A stretch of DNA of 64,000 nt from Macrostomum lignano (GCA_002269645.1 NIVC01000177.1:318134-382133), one strand, 5' to 3'; numbered from the stretch's first letter, positions 11,153 through 23,545 are shown. The notes: a model not told the origin generated them from the sequence alone. Numbers and translations are program-made.

Positions 11153-11778
11153 TGACAGTTTGGTTAATTATTGGAACATAATAGCTTAAGATTGAAGGAT
11201 ATAGGGGATGGTGAGCAATGGAGGGAGTCCGGGCTGACGATACCCAAGGGTAGCGCAACAGAGGAAAAATACCCTTCAGACGCGGCCGACGGTCAGGGCT
11301 GCTTGGCGCGGTGCAGTCTTCGGATGGTCACGGCGGCGGTTGCAGTCCCGGATGATCAGTCCAGGACTCCAGATGAGACATCTCAGAAAGGAGGTTAAAA
11401 TCAAGTTGTGTCGCGTCGAGAGTTGAGAGAGGAAGAGTGACAACACTCAAACGTGTCACGGGAGGAACGGGCGGTTAAAACGGTGAGAGAGAGAGGGGAA
11501 AGGTTAGGAGAGGGAGTTGCTGCTCAGGGCTCAAAGCGGGCTTTTATTTGAGCCCTGAAATCACACCTGACGCGATCACGTGAACGTGATTGTGATATTG
11601 AAGGTCATGACTTGTCTTTGACCTCCGTTAAAAAGAAACTCTGATGACGTCACTCGCCATACGCGCTGTGATTGGACGAGAAATTGGGGTGGGTGCAGTG
11701 GAAAAAATGATTAATGATGGGGGATTACGTAGAAGGCAGGAAAAAACTTAGGGGAGATAGGGAGTTGTAAAACTGTCA
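11153..11778. mobile_element. Candidate solo LTR
   Basis: TG...CA ends with 9-bp inverted termini TGACAGTTT/AAACTGTCA; internal E-box, CRE, CCAAT and AATAAAA motifs. No TSD, PBS or PPT seen. Confidence 0.3.
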
Positions 11779-13313
11779 CACACATGACTGAGTTCGAACA
11801 AAAGAAAGGAGTGATTGGGCGATAAGCATGAATCATTGTGATGACTCATCACGAAGGGAGTGTGCGCAAAAAAAAGTGGGGGCCACGTACGTGCCTACAT
11901 TACTTTTCAAAAAGATTTCGCCTTCTAACAAGATGACGGTATCCAGCTTATAAAACGCACCGTTATTAAAATATCCTTTCCAAGCATTGAGTCTAGAATT
12001 TTCCCGCCGAGGAAAACCCCGAAGAAGTTCTCAACTAGATAAATTCCCTACCAAGAACCCAAAAATTTCTCGGCCAACTCGAATCTCAGTCTGAATCCAA
12101 TTAACTTAACTAAAATAATTGAATAAATTTAACTACATACATGAGCATTTAACTACTGGAACCCTGGATCCCATGTCCTGTAATGCATCAGGCTAGATTA
12201 GGCAGAGGCTAGAACAGTGGCTATGCTACGGTATATGTACTCAATTAAATAGACGCCAAAAGTATTGACTTCTGAGTGACGCAACCTGCGCCAACGCGAC
12301 GCAGAGTTGGGCTGGGTGTGGATGAGGTGGGATTGGGAAGAGCGGAGGGCGAAGATTGGATGGATTTGAAGATAAACGCTGGTCGAAAGACACTGCTCAC
12401 TGCTCACTGCTCACTGGGGCAAAGGGTGGCGACTTTTCAATGTTGCTGAGTATAGATAAAGCTTTTCTTACCCTATCGATATCATTTTTGCCATGTGCTG
12501 CATGGCAGCATGACAAGCATGCACGGCCCCCATTGCTCTTCGGAATTCAGTTGGCGCTGCATGCATGCCAGCCAATACTGAGAGTAAAAAATGATTTGGC
12601 TTGAAATTGTAACCCTGTCCCTGTACGCTATTCACGCACAAATCCAGTGTTCATTGCTACTCATTCCGCACTGTATCGTATGATATAGATCGATCCAAAT
12701 CGATCACAACACTGTTGACTCTGAGCCAGTCGATAATATAACTACACACTGCTTGCTTCTTGGCCCCTCAACCCAAATTGCGTGTGTGGGGGGATGGGGA
12801 CGGTAGGAAAATCAGTACAACTATAACAGGAGGAGGTGGGGTGGGCGTTTTTCCGATTTTCCGATCGGCGCGCGTGTGGCACCCGTTCCCCAAAATCCAC
12901 TGCCACCACCCCAATACTAGTCAGCACAACCCCCGCGCTATCTTTCGTCCTCGTTTTGTCGGATTGTTTTCAACTCCTCACTCTAGGGGGGAGGGCGACC
13001 CAAGCCTTTTCTCACCAGGGGGGGAGGGGGTGTTCAGTTCTGGCAATAAAACCCACACCCCTCCCGCCTCACCGCGCTCAGCGAAGGCCAACCCAACCCC
13101 AAACCAAGCCAGCCAGCCCCAATCAGCTAGCAGTTTCAAAGAATAGGAGGCGAATTTTAAAGCTCCACCCCGACTAGAGCGCCACTACTTATTTGAAATG
13201 CTAGTCAAGTCACTGCACAAGACCCGTACTAATCTATATTATTCCTAGACTAACTAAATTACTCTTAAAAAGAAAATCAGCAAATTTACGAGTAAATTCT
13301 ACAAAAAAACAAA

Positions 13314-13844
13314 ATGCGTGCTTTTGAATTAGCGATTATGATTGGCCTGTTATTGATAACAACTGCAATAGAGGCAAAGCCAACGAACAATGCCACGGCT
13401 GAGAAGCTGCTGAAAACTGTTATGAGTTCGCCATCTGGTGGCATTGCTCAACTAGGCGGCCCCGTCGAAATCACCTGTCGCGTAATTAATCAGGTCGATG
13501 TAATCATGATTAAACTAGTGAAACTGCCCCTTAATGCCGGGGATTCAGCGGCCGCTGGACAGGAGGTTTTCACGGCCGGTGGTGGCAAGCAAAAGCTTCG
13601 AAGTCCTTGGGACACCCGACCGGATTTAGTATTCAACGGTTCCAGCTTGACTGTTCGATTCAACATGTCGCAATTGGACGAAGGCCGATTTCGTTGCGAC
13701 GCTGTCACGCTTGACGGAGAATTGCCTGGCAATGCCCAGCAACTGCTGACGCTGCAGCCGCCGTCTGCTCCCGGGCTGCTGTTCGATGGCGCTGCGCCCA
13801 AGCCTGGCGACCAGTTGGAGGTTGTCATTGGCGATATCTTAACG
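13314..13844 (+). CDS. Ig-superfamily type I membrane protein (nectin/SynCAM/Kirrel-like architecture), exon 1: signal peptide plus V-type Ig domain
   Basis: Hydrophobic signal MRAFELAIMIGLLLITTAIEA; VEITC...DEGRFRC cysteine pair; donor ACG|gtaaga (phase 0). Confidence 0.8.
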
Positions 13845-14008
13845 GTAAGATGCCTAACACTCGCGGCTTGACCCGTTGCACTCTCGACCTCGAGATTAGT
13901 TCCAGCCTGACCCAGCTTGACACACGCACTAGATGGTCACAGTCTCTAACCCACACCCTAATCACAGCCTGGCCCACAATATGGTTACATCTCGAATCAC
14001 ACTCTATT

Positions 14009-14362
14009 GTAATTGGTCACAGCTTCATCCACACTCTATGGTGATTGGTCACAGCTTCATCCACACTCTATGGTGATTGGTCACAGCCTCATCCACACTC
14101 TATGGTGATTGGTCACAGCCTCATCCACACTCTATGGTGATTGGTCACAGCCTTATCCACACTCTATGGTGATTGGTCACAGCCTCATCCACACTCTATG
14201 GTGATTGGTCACAGCTTCATCCACACTCTATGGTGATTGGTCACAGCCTCATCCACACTCTATGGTGATTGGTCACAGCCTCATCCACACTCTATGGTGA
14301 TTGGTTACAGCCTGCTCCACACTCTATGGTGATTGGTCACAGCCTCATCCACACTCTATGGT
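14009..14362 (+). repeat. 32-bp minisatellite in Ig gene intron 1
   Basis: GGTCACAGCCTCATCCACACTCTATGGTGATT units. Confidence 0.95.
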
Positions 14363-14402
14363 GAATGGTCAAAGCCTGACCCACCAAACCGCCACCCCGC
14401 AG

Positions 14403-14753
14403 GTGAACTGCAGCGCCAACGTAGGCAAGCCTGCAGGCGATATCCGGATCACGTTCACCCCGGCAACTCAAGGCGCACCTGAGAAGGAAGTCCCTGGTGC
14501 CACAAATGCCTCCTGGACTGGACCCATCTCCGCCGGCAATCACACGGTGTTCACCATATTCAAGAGCTCGCTTGTCAAAGTGAAGATTGAAGACTCTCAT
14601 CACGGTGGCAGTTTCGCGTGCCGCCTCACGCCCAGCTCGTTGGCCGCCTCTCTGACGGCTGATGTCAACGAGACTGCGGACACGACTGCTGCTGCTGGCA
14701 ACTGGACTTCGCAATTGGTGGCCCGGGGTCCTGCTATCCATGCGCTGTTTCCG
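14403..14753 (+). CDS. Ig-superfamily protein exon 2 (C2-like Ig domain)
   Basis: ccccgcag|GTG AAC TGC; VNCSANVGKPAGDIRI...HHGGSFAC; donor CCG|gtgggc (phase 0). Confidence 0.78.
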
Positions 14754-14821
14754 GTGGGCTTCACGCAGACCTGACTCAGATCGATCTGTTTACAGTTTCA
14801 TTAACAATTTAAAACGTACCC

Positions 14822-15460
14822 TTTCACAACTTGCCAAGACCTATTCACACCCTCACCCAGACCCACTCACAACCTCACCCAGACCTATTCACACCCTGAT
14901 CCAGGCCATTCACATTCTGACCCGGACACATTCACATCCTGATCCAGACTATTCACACCCTCACCCAGACCCATTCACACCCTCACCCAGACCCATTCAC
15001 ACCAGCCAGACACATTCACACCCTCACCCAGACCCATTCACACCCTCACCCAGACCCATTCACACCAGCCAGACACATTCACACCCTCACCCAGACCCAT
15101 TCACACTAGCCAGACACATTCACACCCTCACCCAGACCCATTCACACCAGCCAGACACATTCACACCCTCACCCAGACCCATTCACACCAGCCAGACACA
15201 TTCACACCCTCACCCAGACCCATTCACACCCTCATCCAGACCCATTCACACCCTCATCCAGACACATTCACACCTTCACCCAGACCCATAGACACCCTCA
15301 CCCAGAACCTTTTACACCCTTAACCAGACCCATTCACACCTTGATCCAGACCCATTCACACCCTCACCCAGAACATTTTACACCCTTAACCAGACTCATT
15401 CACACCTTGATCCGGATCCATTCACACCCTCACCAGACCCATTCACACCCTAACCCGGGC
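14822..15460 (+). repeat. 20-22-bp minisatellite in Ig gene intron 2
   Basis: CACCCAGACCCATTCACACCCT and a shorter ACCAGCCAGACACATTC variant. Confidence 0.93.
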
Positions 15461-15483
15461 CATTCACCGCCCCTAACTCGCAG

Positions 15484-16128
15484 GTGAGCAACATCCGCAT
15501 GGAGCCATTTCGCGAGAATTTCTTTCACGGCGACTATCTGGACTGCCTGGCGGACGGACGGCCCGAACCGGACATCCGGTGGACGCAGATCCAAGGCGCC
15601 GGCAGCCTGCAGGTGAACGGATCAAGGCTAAGCATGCCTACAGGTGCCAAGCCAGGCTACTACTCGTACACCTGCTCGGCCACCAACTCAGTCCGCGGCC
15701 GCAGCCACCAGCTGCTGCAGTCCATCGGCTTCAACTTGCACAACCGGACAGCTGCGGACACGCCCAAGCCGGACGGCGCTAGCGTCACAGGCCGGGTGAA
15801 GACCTGGGTGACACATCACCGGCACGGCGTGACCATCGCTCTGGCTGTTGTTGGGGTCCTGGCCAGCCTGGCCCTGCTCGGGTCTCTGCTTCTCTGCTTC
15901 TGCGGCAGCAGCGGCTACAGGAGGCTGTCCGGGGCGAAGTCTTCGCATCACAGCGTGCGGGATAGGATGCGTTACTATGGGGAACTGGGTGAGACCGTGA
16001 TCGAGTCCAGCGATGAGGAGGATGATGGCTACCATCTCGGCGGGTCGAGGCAGCTGCTCGGAGGCAAGCAGCATCATCAGTCTGAGGCGGAGAACGGCGG
16101 CTCCGAGTGGAATGGCACGCAGGTGTAG
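15484..16128 (+). CDS. Ig-superfamily protein exon 3 (third Ig domain, TM helix, cytoplasmic tail ending in T-Q-V)
   Basis: ctaactcgcag|GTG; LDCLADGRPEPDIRW...YSYTCSATN; TM VTIALAVVGVLASLALLGSLLLCFCG; stop TAG. Confidence 0.82.
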   Translation: MSNIRMEPFRENFFHGDYLDCLADGRPEPDIRWTQIQGAGSLQVNGSRLSMPTGAKPGYYSYTCSATNSVRGRSHQLLQSIGFNLHNRTAADTPKPDGASVTGRVKTWVTHHRHGVTIALAVVGVLASLALLGSLLLCFCGSSGYRRLSGAKSSHHSVRDRMRYYGELGETVIESSDEEDDGYHLGGSRQLLGGKQHHQSEAENGGSEWNGTQV

Positions 16129-16374
16129 AGCTATAAGTTTGGGGATTTCGGATGATGGGGAATTAAATAACTCCTTGCTATTGGTTAAAGTCACATGCAG
16201 AGTCTCAGGCTAATGTTTGTCACACTGAAAATCCTCTTCCTGTCCCAATAAAATCCCTATTAATTCCATTTCCTCTACTGAACTTAAACCCAAAATCTTT
16301 ATGACGCTTAAAACCCAAAAATTCTATCCAATTCCCAAATGCCTAATTTGCTAAACACCCGCACATCACTAATC

Positions 16375-16800
16375 CGCTAAAAATCCTCAGATCCCTTATA
16401 ATCCTCAAAAAATACCAGAATCAATAATAATTCTCAAAGACTCCCAGAATCCCTTACAATCCTCAAAAATCCCTAATAATCCTCAAAGATTCCCCAAATC
16501 CCTAAAAATTCTCAAAAATCCTCAAAAATCCCTAATAATCCTCAAAGGTTCCCCAAATCCCTAAATATTCTCAAAAATCCTTAAAAATCCTCAATAATCC
16601 TCAAAGATTCCCCAAATCCCTAAATATTCTCAAAAATCCTTAAAAATCCTCAATAATCCTCAAAGATTCCCCGAATCCCTAACAATCCTCAAAAATCCCT
16701 ATTAATCCCAGAAAAGTCCCGAAATCCCCTATATTCCTCACAAAAAACTCTAAATTCCTAATAGTCCTTGAAAAATCCCCAAATCCCTTATAATCCTCTG
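16375..16800 (+). repeat. Degenerate AATCCTCAAAAATCCCT-type repeat
   Basis: Recurrent AATCC(T/C) subunits. Confidence 0.8.
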
Positions 16801-17199
16801 AAAAATTCCAAGTCCCAATTCCGAAAAAAATACAGCATCCCAGTGTATGGCTTGAATCCTTAAAACACAATAAAGGTCGTTGTTTGCCATATCAATTGTC
16901 ATTTCGTATTTTTCATCCCGTTTTCAAAGGCTTGTAAGAGTTTAGGCATTAATTTCTCGCGCTTAAAATGCTACTTTTTTAAGTAGCATATCGCTGTTTG
17001 TTCTATTATACACTGGATTGTGTGTAGTAATTCTTCGTGTCATATCTATCATTCTGAATGAAATGTGACAATGTCGGGATTATAGTTCAAGTTTTGTTCT
17101 GGTTTCATCAAAATATTGCAGTGATGTACAGGTAAGAGAGGGCTGTTTTATACTGTCTGCTTTGGCTGTTGGTTACTGACCTTTTTGCCGTTAGAGTGC

Positions 17200-18045
17200 T
17201 ATTAGATATTAGATCATAGATACTGATTGTTAGATATACCGGCTGTTAGATACTGCCTTTTAGAGATATCGGCTGTTATGAATAGATACTGGCTGTTAGA
17301 TACTACCTGTTAGAGATACCGGCTGTTAGATACTACCTGTTAGAGATACCGGCTGTTAGATACTGGCTGTTAGAGATACCGGCTGTTAGATACTACCTGT
17401 TAGAGATACCGGCTGTTAGATACTGGCTGTTAGATACTACCTGTTAGAGATACCGGCTGTTAGATACTACCTGTTAGAGATACCGGCTGTTAGATACTAC
17501 CTGTTAGAGATACCGGCTGTTAGATACTACCTGTTAGAGATACCGGCTGTTAGATACTACCTGTTAGAGATACCGGCTGTTAGATACTACCTGTTAGAGA
17601 TACCGGCTGTTAGATACTACCTGTTAGAGATACCGGCTGTTAGATACTACCTGTTAGAGATACCGGCTGTTAGATACTACCTGTTAGAGATACCGGCTGT
17701 TAGATACTACCTGTTAGAGATACCGGCTGTTAGATACTGGCTGTTAGAGATACCGGCTGTTAGATACTACCTGTTAGAGATACCGGCTGTTAGATACTAC
17801 CTGTTAGAGATACCGGCTGTTAGATACTGGCTGTTAGAGATACCGGCTGTTAGATACTACCTGTTAGAGATACCGGCTGTTAGATACTGGCTGTTAGATA
17901 CTGACTGTTAGAGATACCGGCTGTTAGATACTGGATGTTAGAGATACCGGCTGTTAGATACTGACTGTTAGATTCTGGCTGTTAGAGATAGCGGCTGTTA
18001 GATACCAGCTGTTAGACGTACCGGCTGTTAGCTGTTAGACAGGCT
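17200..18045 (+). repeat. 30-bp (16+14) minisatellite
   Basis: CTGTTAGAGATACCGG CTGTTAGATACTAC dimers. Confidence 0.96.
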
Positions 18046-18805
18046 GACAGCAGAATGTTATTATCCAGCTATTAAATTAATTAGGCTTTCGCATTTGCTT
18101 ACATTGTGTTTTTTTCTGCTTCAAGTCAAACATTTATCGCCCTGCTTAAAAAACAACCCCCAGTCTGTTCACAGCTGTGTATTTGGAACTCTCTGCATTC
18201 GATGTTCAGTGTCCTTTTTCTGACCGCCTTTGCCTTGATATTTGCGACCTTAAGTAGCCGATTGTATTTACTATTTATTACCATCTTTGTTTGTAATAAG
18301 CTGTCCTGCGGCTGCATGGTTGCTACGGTAATATGTACTTTTGCTATCGCTGTTTTCCTGAAAGCTTCCGTTTCCTTGTTGTTTTTTTTATATGCGTACA
18401 GTTGCACTTAATTTGATTCCTTTATCCGCACCTGTTGCTGTGTCTGAATTGACTTCAAATGAAATTAATTATCCCATTATTATTTACCTTATCGTTGGAA
18501 TACGGGAATTCTTTAATTATATATCTGCTTCGACTCGCGCTGTTTTCAATCGTGATTTTTTTGCTTGATTTTCCTGTGTTACAGCTGTTTTGTCGTGATT
18601 GTAACTTTTGCTGATTATTCCAGATTGTTGCACAGGATGTTGTCCTGAAGTATATGACTAAAATAATAAGTAGCTTCATTTGAATTCCATTTTTCACGTT
18701 TGTTGTTATTAAAAGCATCTAAAAGCAGAAATTATTGCCTTACTGACTGTCTGTCTCTTGTTACTTTTGCTCTAGATTGCGCTTGAGAACTTGACAGTTT
18801 CATTT

Positions 18806-19362
18806 TAGAGGGCGCCATTTAATTTAAGAGGCGCCATTTTTTGAGGGGGCGCCATTTCATTTGAGGTGGGGTGCCATTTCATTTGAGATGGGGCGCCATT
18901 TCATTTGAGGTGGGGCGCCATTTCATTTGAGGTGGGGCGCCATTTCATTTGAGGTGGGGCGCCATTTCATTTGAGGTGAGGCGCCATTTCATTTGAGGTG
19001 AGGCGCCATTTCATTCGAGATGTGGCGCCATTTCATTTGAGATGGGGCGCCATCTCATTGAGGTGAGGCGCCATTTCATTCGAGGTGGGGCGCCATTTCA
19101 TTTGAGATATGGCGCCATTTCATTTGAGGTGTGGCGCCATTTCATTTGAGATGTGGCGCCATTTCATTTGAGATGGGGCGCCATTTCATTGAGGTGAGGC
19201 GCCATTTCATTCGAGGTGGGGCGCCATTTCATTTGAGATATGGCGCCATTTCATTTGAGGTGTGGCGCCATTTCATTTGAGATATGGCGCCATTTCATTT
19301 GAGATATGGCGCCATTTCATTGAGGTGGGGCGCCATTTCATTCGAGATGTGGCGCCATTTCA
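18806..19362 (+). repeat. 22-bp GGCGCC-core minisatellite
   Basis: GGGGCGCCATTTCATTTGAGGT units. Confidence 0.96.
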
Positions 19363-20044
19363 AATCGATGCAGCCTCTACTTAAGCGGCTGCGGTATGCA
19401 GCTCTAGTTAACTTATAATTCTCCTTCACCAACTTCATCAAAGTTTTATTGGATTTCTTAATTTTATGGCATCTACATATATTCCAATTCGAAATCACAA
19501 AGTGAAGTCATACAAAGTCATACAAGATTGACATTAGACAAGTGTTTGCTTCGATGTGAATTCAACTCAAAAAATGACTACAAACATTTGATTTAAATGT
19601 GTTTCTATTTAAAGTATTGTAATATATTTTTAATATTTTGATAATATTCAACTAAATTGTTCATTTATAATATAGCTTAGTGGAGGGTTTTTAAACGAAA
19701 AAGCATTTATTCTGATGGGCAGAATTGAGTAAGCAAAATAAGTATGTTATTTTTACATGAAAATAACATGCTATCAATATCTCACACTGGGCATGCATGA
19801 GTAGTTTAAAGACTCAAAAGTAAAAATATCACTTTTTAGCTGAACAAAATTATAAATGAGAATTAGCAGCAGTTAACTCCTTTATATTCTCTTTCCTTGT
19901 ATATGATTCATATGAAGCACAACTACTTGCAGTGAGTAGCATGAAACGCAAGCGAAAAATAGCGTATCTAAAAAGTGATTTGCAAAAAATAAAATCGAGT
20001 TTCCGTAGCAATATTAAATGAGTATTCTGGTCCAGATTGAACTC

Positions 20045-20290
20045 GATAACTCATGAATCATCGAGACTGGAATCGATGACTCATAAATAATCGGTATTGA
20101 AACCAATGACTAATAGATAATCAATATTGAAACCAGATGACTCATAAATCATCGATATTGAAACCGGATGACTCATAAATCATCGATATTGAAACCAGAT
20201 GACTCATAAATCATCGATATTGAAACCAGATGACTCATAAATCATCGATATTGAAACCAGATGACTCATAAATTATCGGTTTTAAAACTG
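20045..20290 (+). repeat. 31-bp minisatellite
   Basis: GACTCATAAATCATCGATATTGAAACCAGAT units. Confidence 0.9.
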
Positions 20291-20709
20291 AAGAATTAGG
20301 CGTGACTCGAAGAAGTAATTGGACGCTGCAAAGCAAAGGAATGGTCGAGTAACGTGGCTACTGAAAATAATATAATTATATAATTATAATAACAACACGC
20401 ACATTGGGTTTACGCGGGGTGTTTATGAGTCGCAGGTACAAAATGTACCCAGAACTACCGAGCTTCAGAATTTTAGCAAGCTTTATAAGAAAATCGCGAT
20501 TTAAATTAAAAAAAATAAATAAAACTACTGCGCAAGAAGACAGTTACAGTAAAACAAATAAATACTGACTAACTAAACTTTGAAGCAGTTAAAAAACACT
20601 CAAATACAATTCAGTTTTTATGTGAAAAGGCAAAAAAATCTAAAAACGCTAAAGCAAACAGAATACATTTTACAGATTGCTACCAATAAGTGAAATAGTA
20701 ACATCTTTC

Positions 20710-21252
20710 GCCTTGAATCTGCCTCTCCGCTCTCCCTCAGGATCCTTGAACCTGCCTCTCCGCTCTCCCTCAGGATCCTTGAACCTGCCTCTCCGCTCTC
20801 CCTCAGGATCCTTGAACCTGCCTCTCCGCTCTCCCTCAGGATCCTTGAACCTGCCTCTCCGCTCTCCCTCAGGATCCTTGAACCTGCCTCTCCGCTCTCC
20901 CTCAGGATCCTTGAATCTGCCTCTCCGCTCTCCCCCAGGATGCCTCTCCGCTCTCCCTCAGGATCCTTGAACCTGCCTCTCCGCTCTTTCCCAGGATCCT
21001 TGAACCTGCCTCTCCGCTCTCCCCCAGGATCCTTGAACCTGCCTCTCCGCTCTCCCTCAGGATCCTTGAACCTGCCTCTCCGCTCTCCCTCAGGATCCTT
21101 GAACCTGCCTCTCCGCTCTCCCTCAGGATCCTTGAATCTGCCTCTCCGCCCTCCCTCAGGATCCTTGAATCTGCCTCTCCGCTCTCCCTCAGGATCCTTG
21201 AATCTGCCTCTCCGCTCTCCCTCAGGATCCTTGAATCTGCCTCCAGCCCCTT
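20710..21252 (+). repeat. 33-bp minisatellite downstream of the NCKIPSD stop codon
   Basis: CCTTGAACCTGCCTCTCCGCTCTCCCTCAGGAT units. Confidence 0.96.
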
Positions 21253-21404
21253 AATCTTTGGACAAGTGTAGGATCTGTCTTCTTGAACTGTTTCCTTATT
21301 AACCCATCATTAAGGTGTAAGAGTATAACACTCGCACACAGAAAATAACATCTAAAATAAGTAAAAAGTCCTAAATAATTTGCATTTAAAAACGAGTTTA
21401 GACT

Positions 21405-21581
21405 TTATTTGGACACCGCCTGCAGAAGCTTTCGACAATCGGTTGCCAAATTTGAGTCCAACTCCTCCTGTGACAGCAGTCTGCGGAGCACTTCTCTTAA
21501 ACTGCTCTGCCGGGCTAGCAGGTCTCCATAGCGTCTGCTGATAGAAAACAGACTCAGCAGTTGCAGCACGGGAGGCAGAAT
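21405..21581 (-). CDS. NCKIPSD: NCKIPSD/SPIN90 exon 8 (last)
   Basis: gctttcag|ATT CTG; LREVLRRLLSQEE resembles recalled LQAILRRILNEE; stop TAA. Confidence 0.75.
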   Translation of the reverse strand: MLPPVLQLLSLFSISRRYGDLLARQSSLREVLRRLLSQEELDSNLATDCRKLLQAVSK

Positions 21582-21796
21582 CTGAAAGCAAAGACAATAT
21601 GAATGTTTAGTCCCAGTCCAAGCATTAAGTTCGCCAAAATAAGAATATGAATGTAATTTTAGATATTCTGACAAAGTAGCTTTTTAACTCTTGTAGTTAT
21701 AATAACTATACTGTTGCCATTATTAAACTATTAGTGTGCACTAACAGCAATCAGAATTAAGTGGCCTGCAATCAGTCAATGACTCACTTTTTTTAT

Positions 21797-23350
21797 TAGA
21801 GGCAGGGGGTCAGAGGGACCGTCAGACGGGGACCGTAAAGACGGTCTCTGACTGTTTTTACCCTGGTTGCCTCTCTGGCAGCTTGTCTAAGGGTTGTGCG
21901 CAATCCGATTGGCTTTGCCAATTTCTAAGGGTCCGCCCCGGAGGGGCTGTGCCCATTACAAATACTAAACCCTATTCTTTTTTCTAACCAATTGAATTTC
22001 GGCCCTCGGCCTTGGTTTAGGGGGGGGGTGGTGCCTGGAGTGAGTAGGTTCTCTGGACTGCAGTGTGGCTAGGACGGGACTGAGCCCCCCGGTCGTACCC
22101 GCCCTGCAGGAAAGAACGACGAATTCACAAAGGTGCACGGTAGACCCAGTAGACTGCCAGCCCTGAGGCTGTGCACCCGGGCTGCAGGTCGGCAAGCTGC
22201 CTGCTTTAGGGCTATGGTGCTCCTCCTTTCTGCCATTCTTTTTTTCTGGGCTGGCATCCCAGCGCTGTTTTATCCCTTTAGCTTTGTGCCTTTGTGGCTT
22301 TTATTATTTTAATCTTTTATCTGGCCACTAGAAGCCTTCCAACCTACGGAGTTATGAGCTCTGCCCTTGCCCGGTCCATCTTGCCCTGTCCTCGGGTCCA
22401 TCTCCTGGCTCCTGCTGTAAGGTCCCTGCTTGCGTGTCTCTGGCTCTCATCCTGACAGTGGATTGGTGTCCTGGGAAGGATGTTCGTCCCGAACCGGGGA
22501 CAACCGGCTGAGTCCGGAGTCCTCTTGCCCCTGGTGCCTCTTCTCCCGTCCCCTTGGCCTGGCCCCCAATAATGAGCTGGATAGGCGATGCCCTTGGGTT
22601 GGTAGCAATATAGGCGTTGGAGTCCTGGCCTCGCCTGGAGTCTCCCCCTCGGATACAAGCCTTCCAGACTCACTCCAAAATAGAGCTGGGTAGTGAAGAA
22701 GCCTTGAGGCTCGAGAGCCCAGTGAGGATCGCCTTGGTTAGTAGCTGCCCAGACTCTCTCTCTCCAATAGTTAGCCCTTTCCAAGACTTCTGGGTTTCCC
22801 GCTCTTGGACGGCTTTTCAGTAATAATCCAATTCTGTTTTTCGCGCACTCCCGAGGACCTGTCTGCTGGGGGGTAGCCTGGGTGGACTCGGTCCTAGCAC
22901 CGTCCCTGATTCCACTGTTTGGGTTGGCGGTGTCTTGTACCGTAGGCTTGGGTCAACTCGCCCACCCGCGCTTTGAGCCGGGTCCAATCCCAATGCATCC
23001 ATGGGGTATCTCGGGCCCTGGACAGCTAATGCCTTGGCCCCTGGTAGTGCCCCTCGCGGCAGAGCCCACCCCGGGCTGATCCGCGGGTAGCTAAGCTTCC
23101 CACCCTCGTTTAACAACAGAGGCAGGGGGGTTGTGTGCACCCTGGCGCAATTTAAGCGACATAGGCACACAACCGGCGAGAGGCATTACTGCCCATTCCG
23201 CCGACTCCCCTGAGCAGGCACACAAGTGCGCGGATACGTACGCAGGCACACACTCACACAGGAGTGTACAGCGGCCCTAACTTTATATTATCGTTAGGCA
23301 TGTACACTTCACTGCGCCTTGGGGGGTTGGCTCTCAAGGCCGTTAATTGC
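21797..23350. other. Unexplained GC-rich insert in NCKIPSD intron 7, probably mobile-element derived, carrying a spliced-leader-like hairpin
   Basis: Sharp compositional change from the AT-rich intron; T-run at the left edge; AGAGGCAGGGGG repeated at 21798 and 23118; no recognisable protein domain in any frame I read. Confidence 0.4.
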
Positions 23351-23422
23351 ACGAGCAGAGCCAAGCCGAGATTCCAATTCAGCCCCAAATTAATGTGACT
23401 GCACTTGGAATCGAGCCTGTTT

Positions 23423-23545
23423 GGATGCTATATTTAGAATCCTAGTTTAATGACATCAGATGCTATATTTAGAGTCTTATTTAATGACTTCAGATTCTAT
23501 ATTTAAGAATCCTAGTCTAATGACTTCAAATGCTATATTTAGCTC
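23423..23545 (+). repeat. ~35-bp short tandem repeat in NCKIPSD intron 7
   Basis: GATGCTATATTTAGAATCCTAGTTTAATGACATCA, 3-4 copies. Confidence 0.85.

Noticed and set aside
20285-20370. Possible hammerhead ribozyme or Penelope end (CTGAAGA...CGAAG)
   Set aside because: No GAAA core or pairing stems. The other CTGATGA sites I noticed also lacked the fold.
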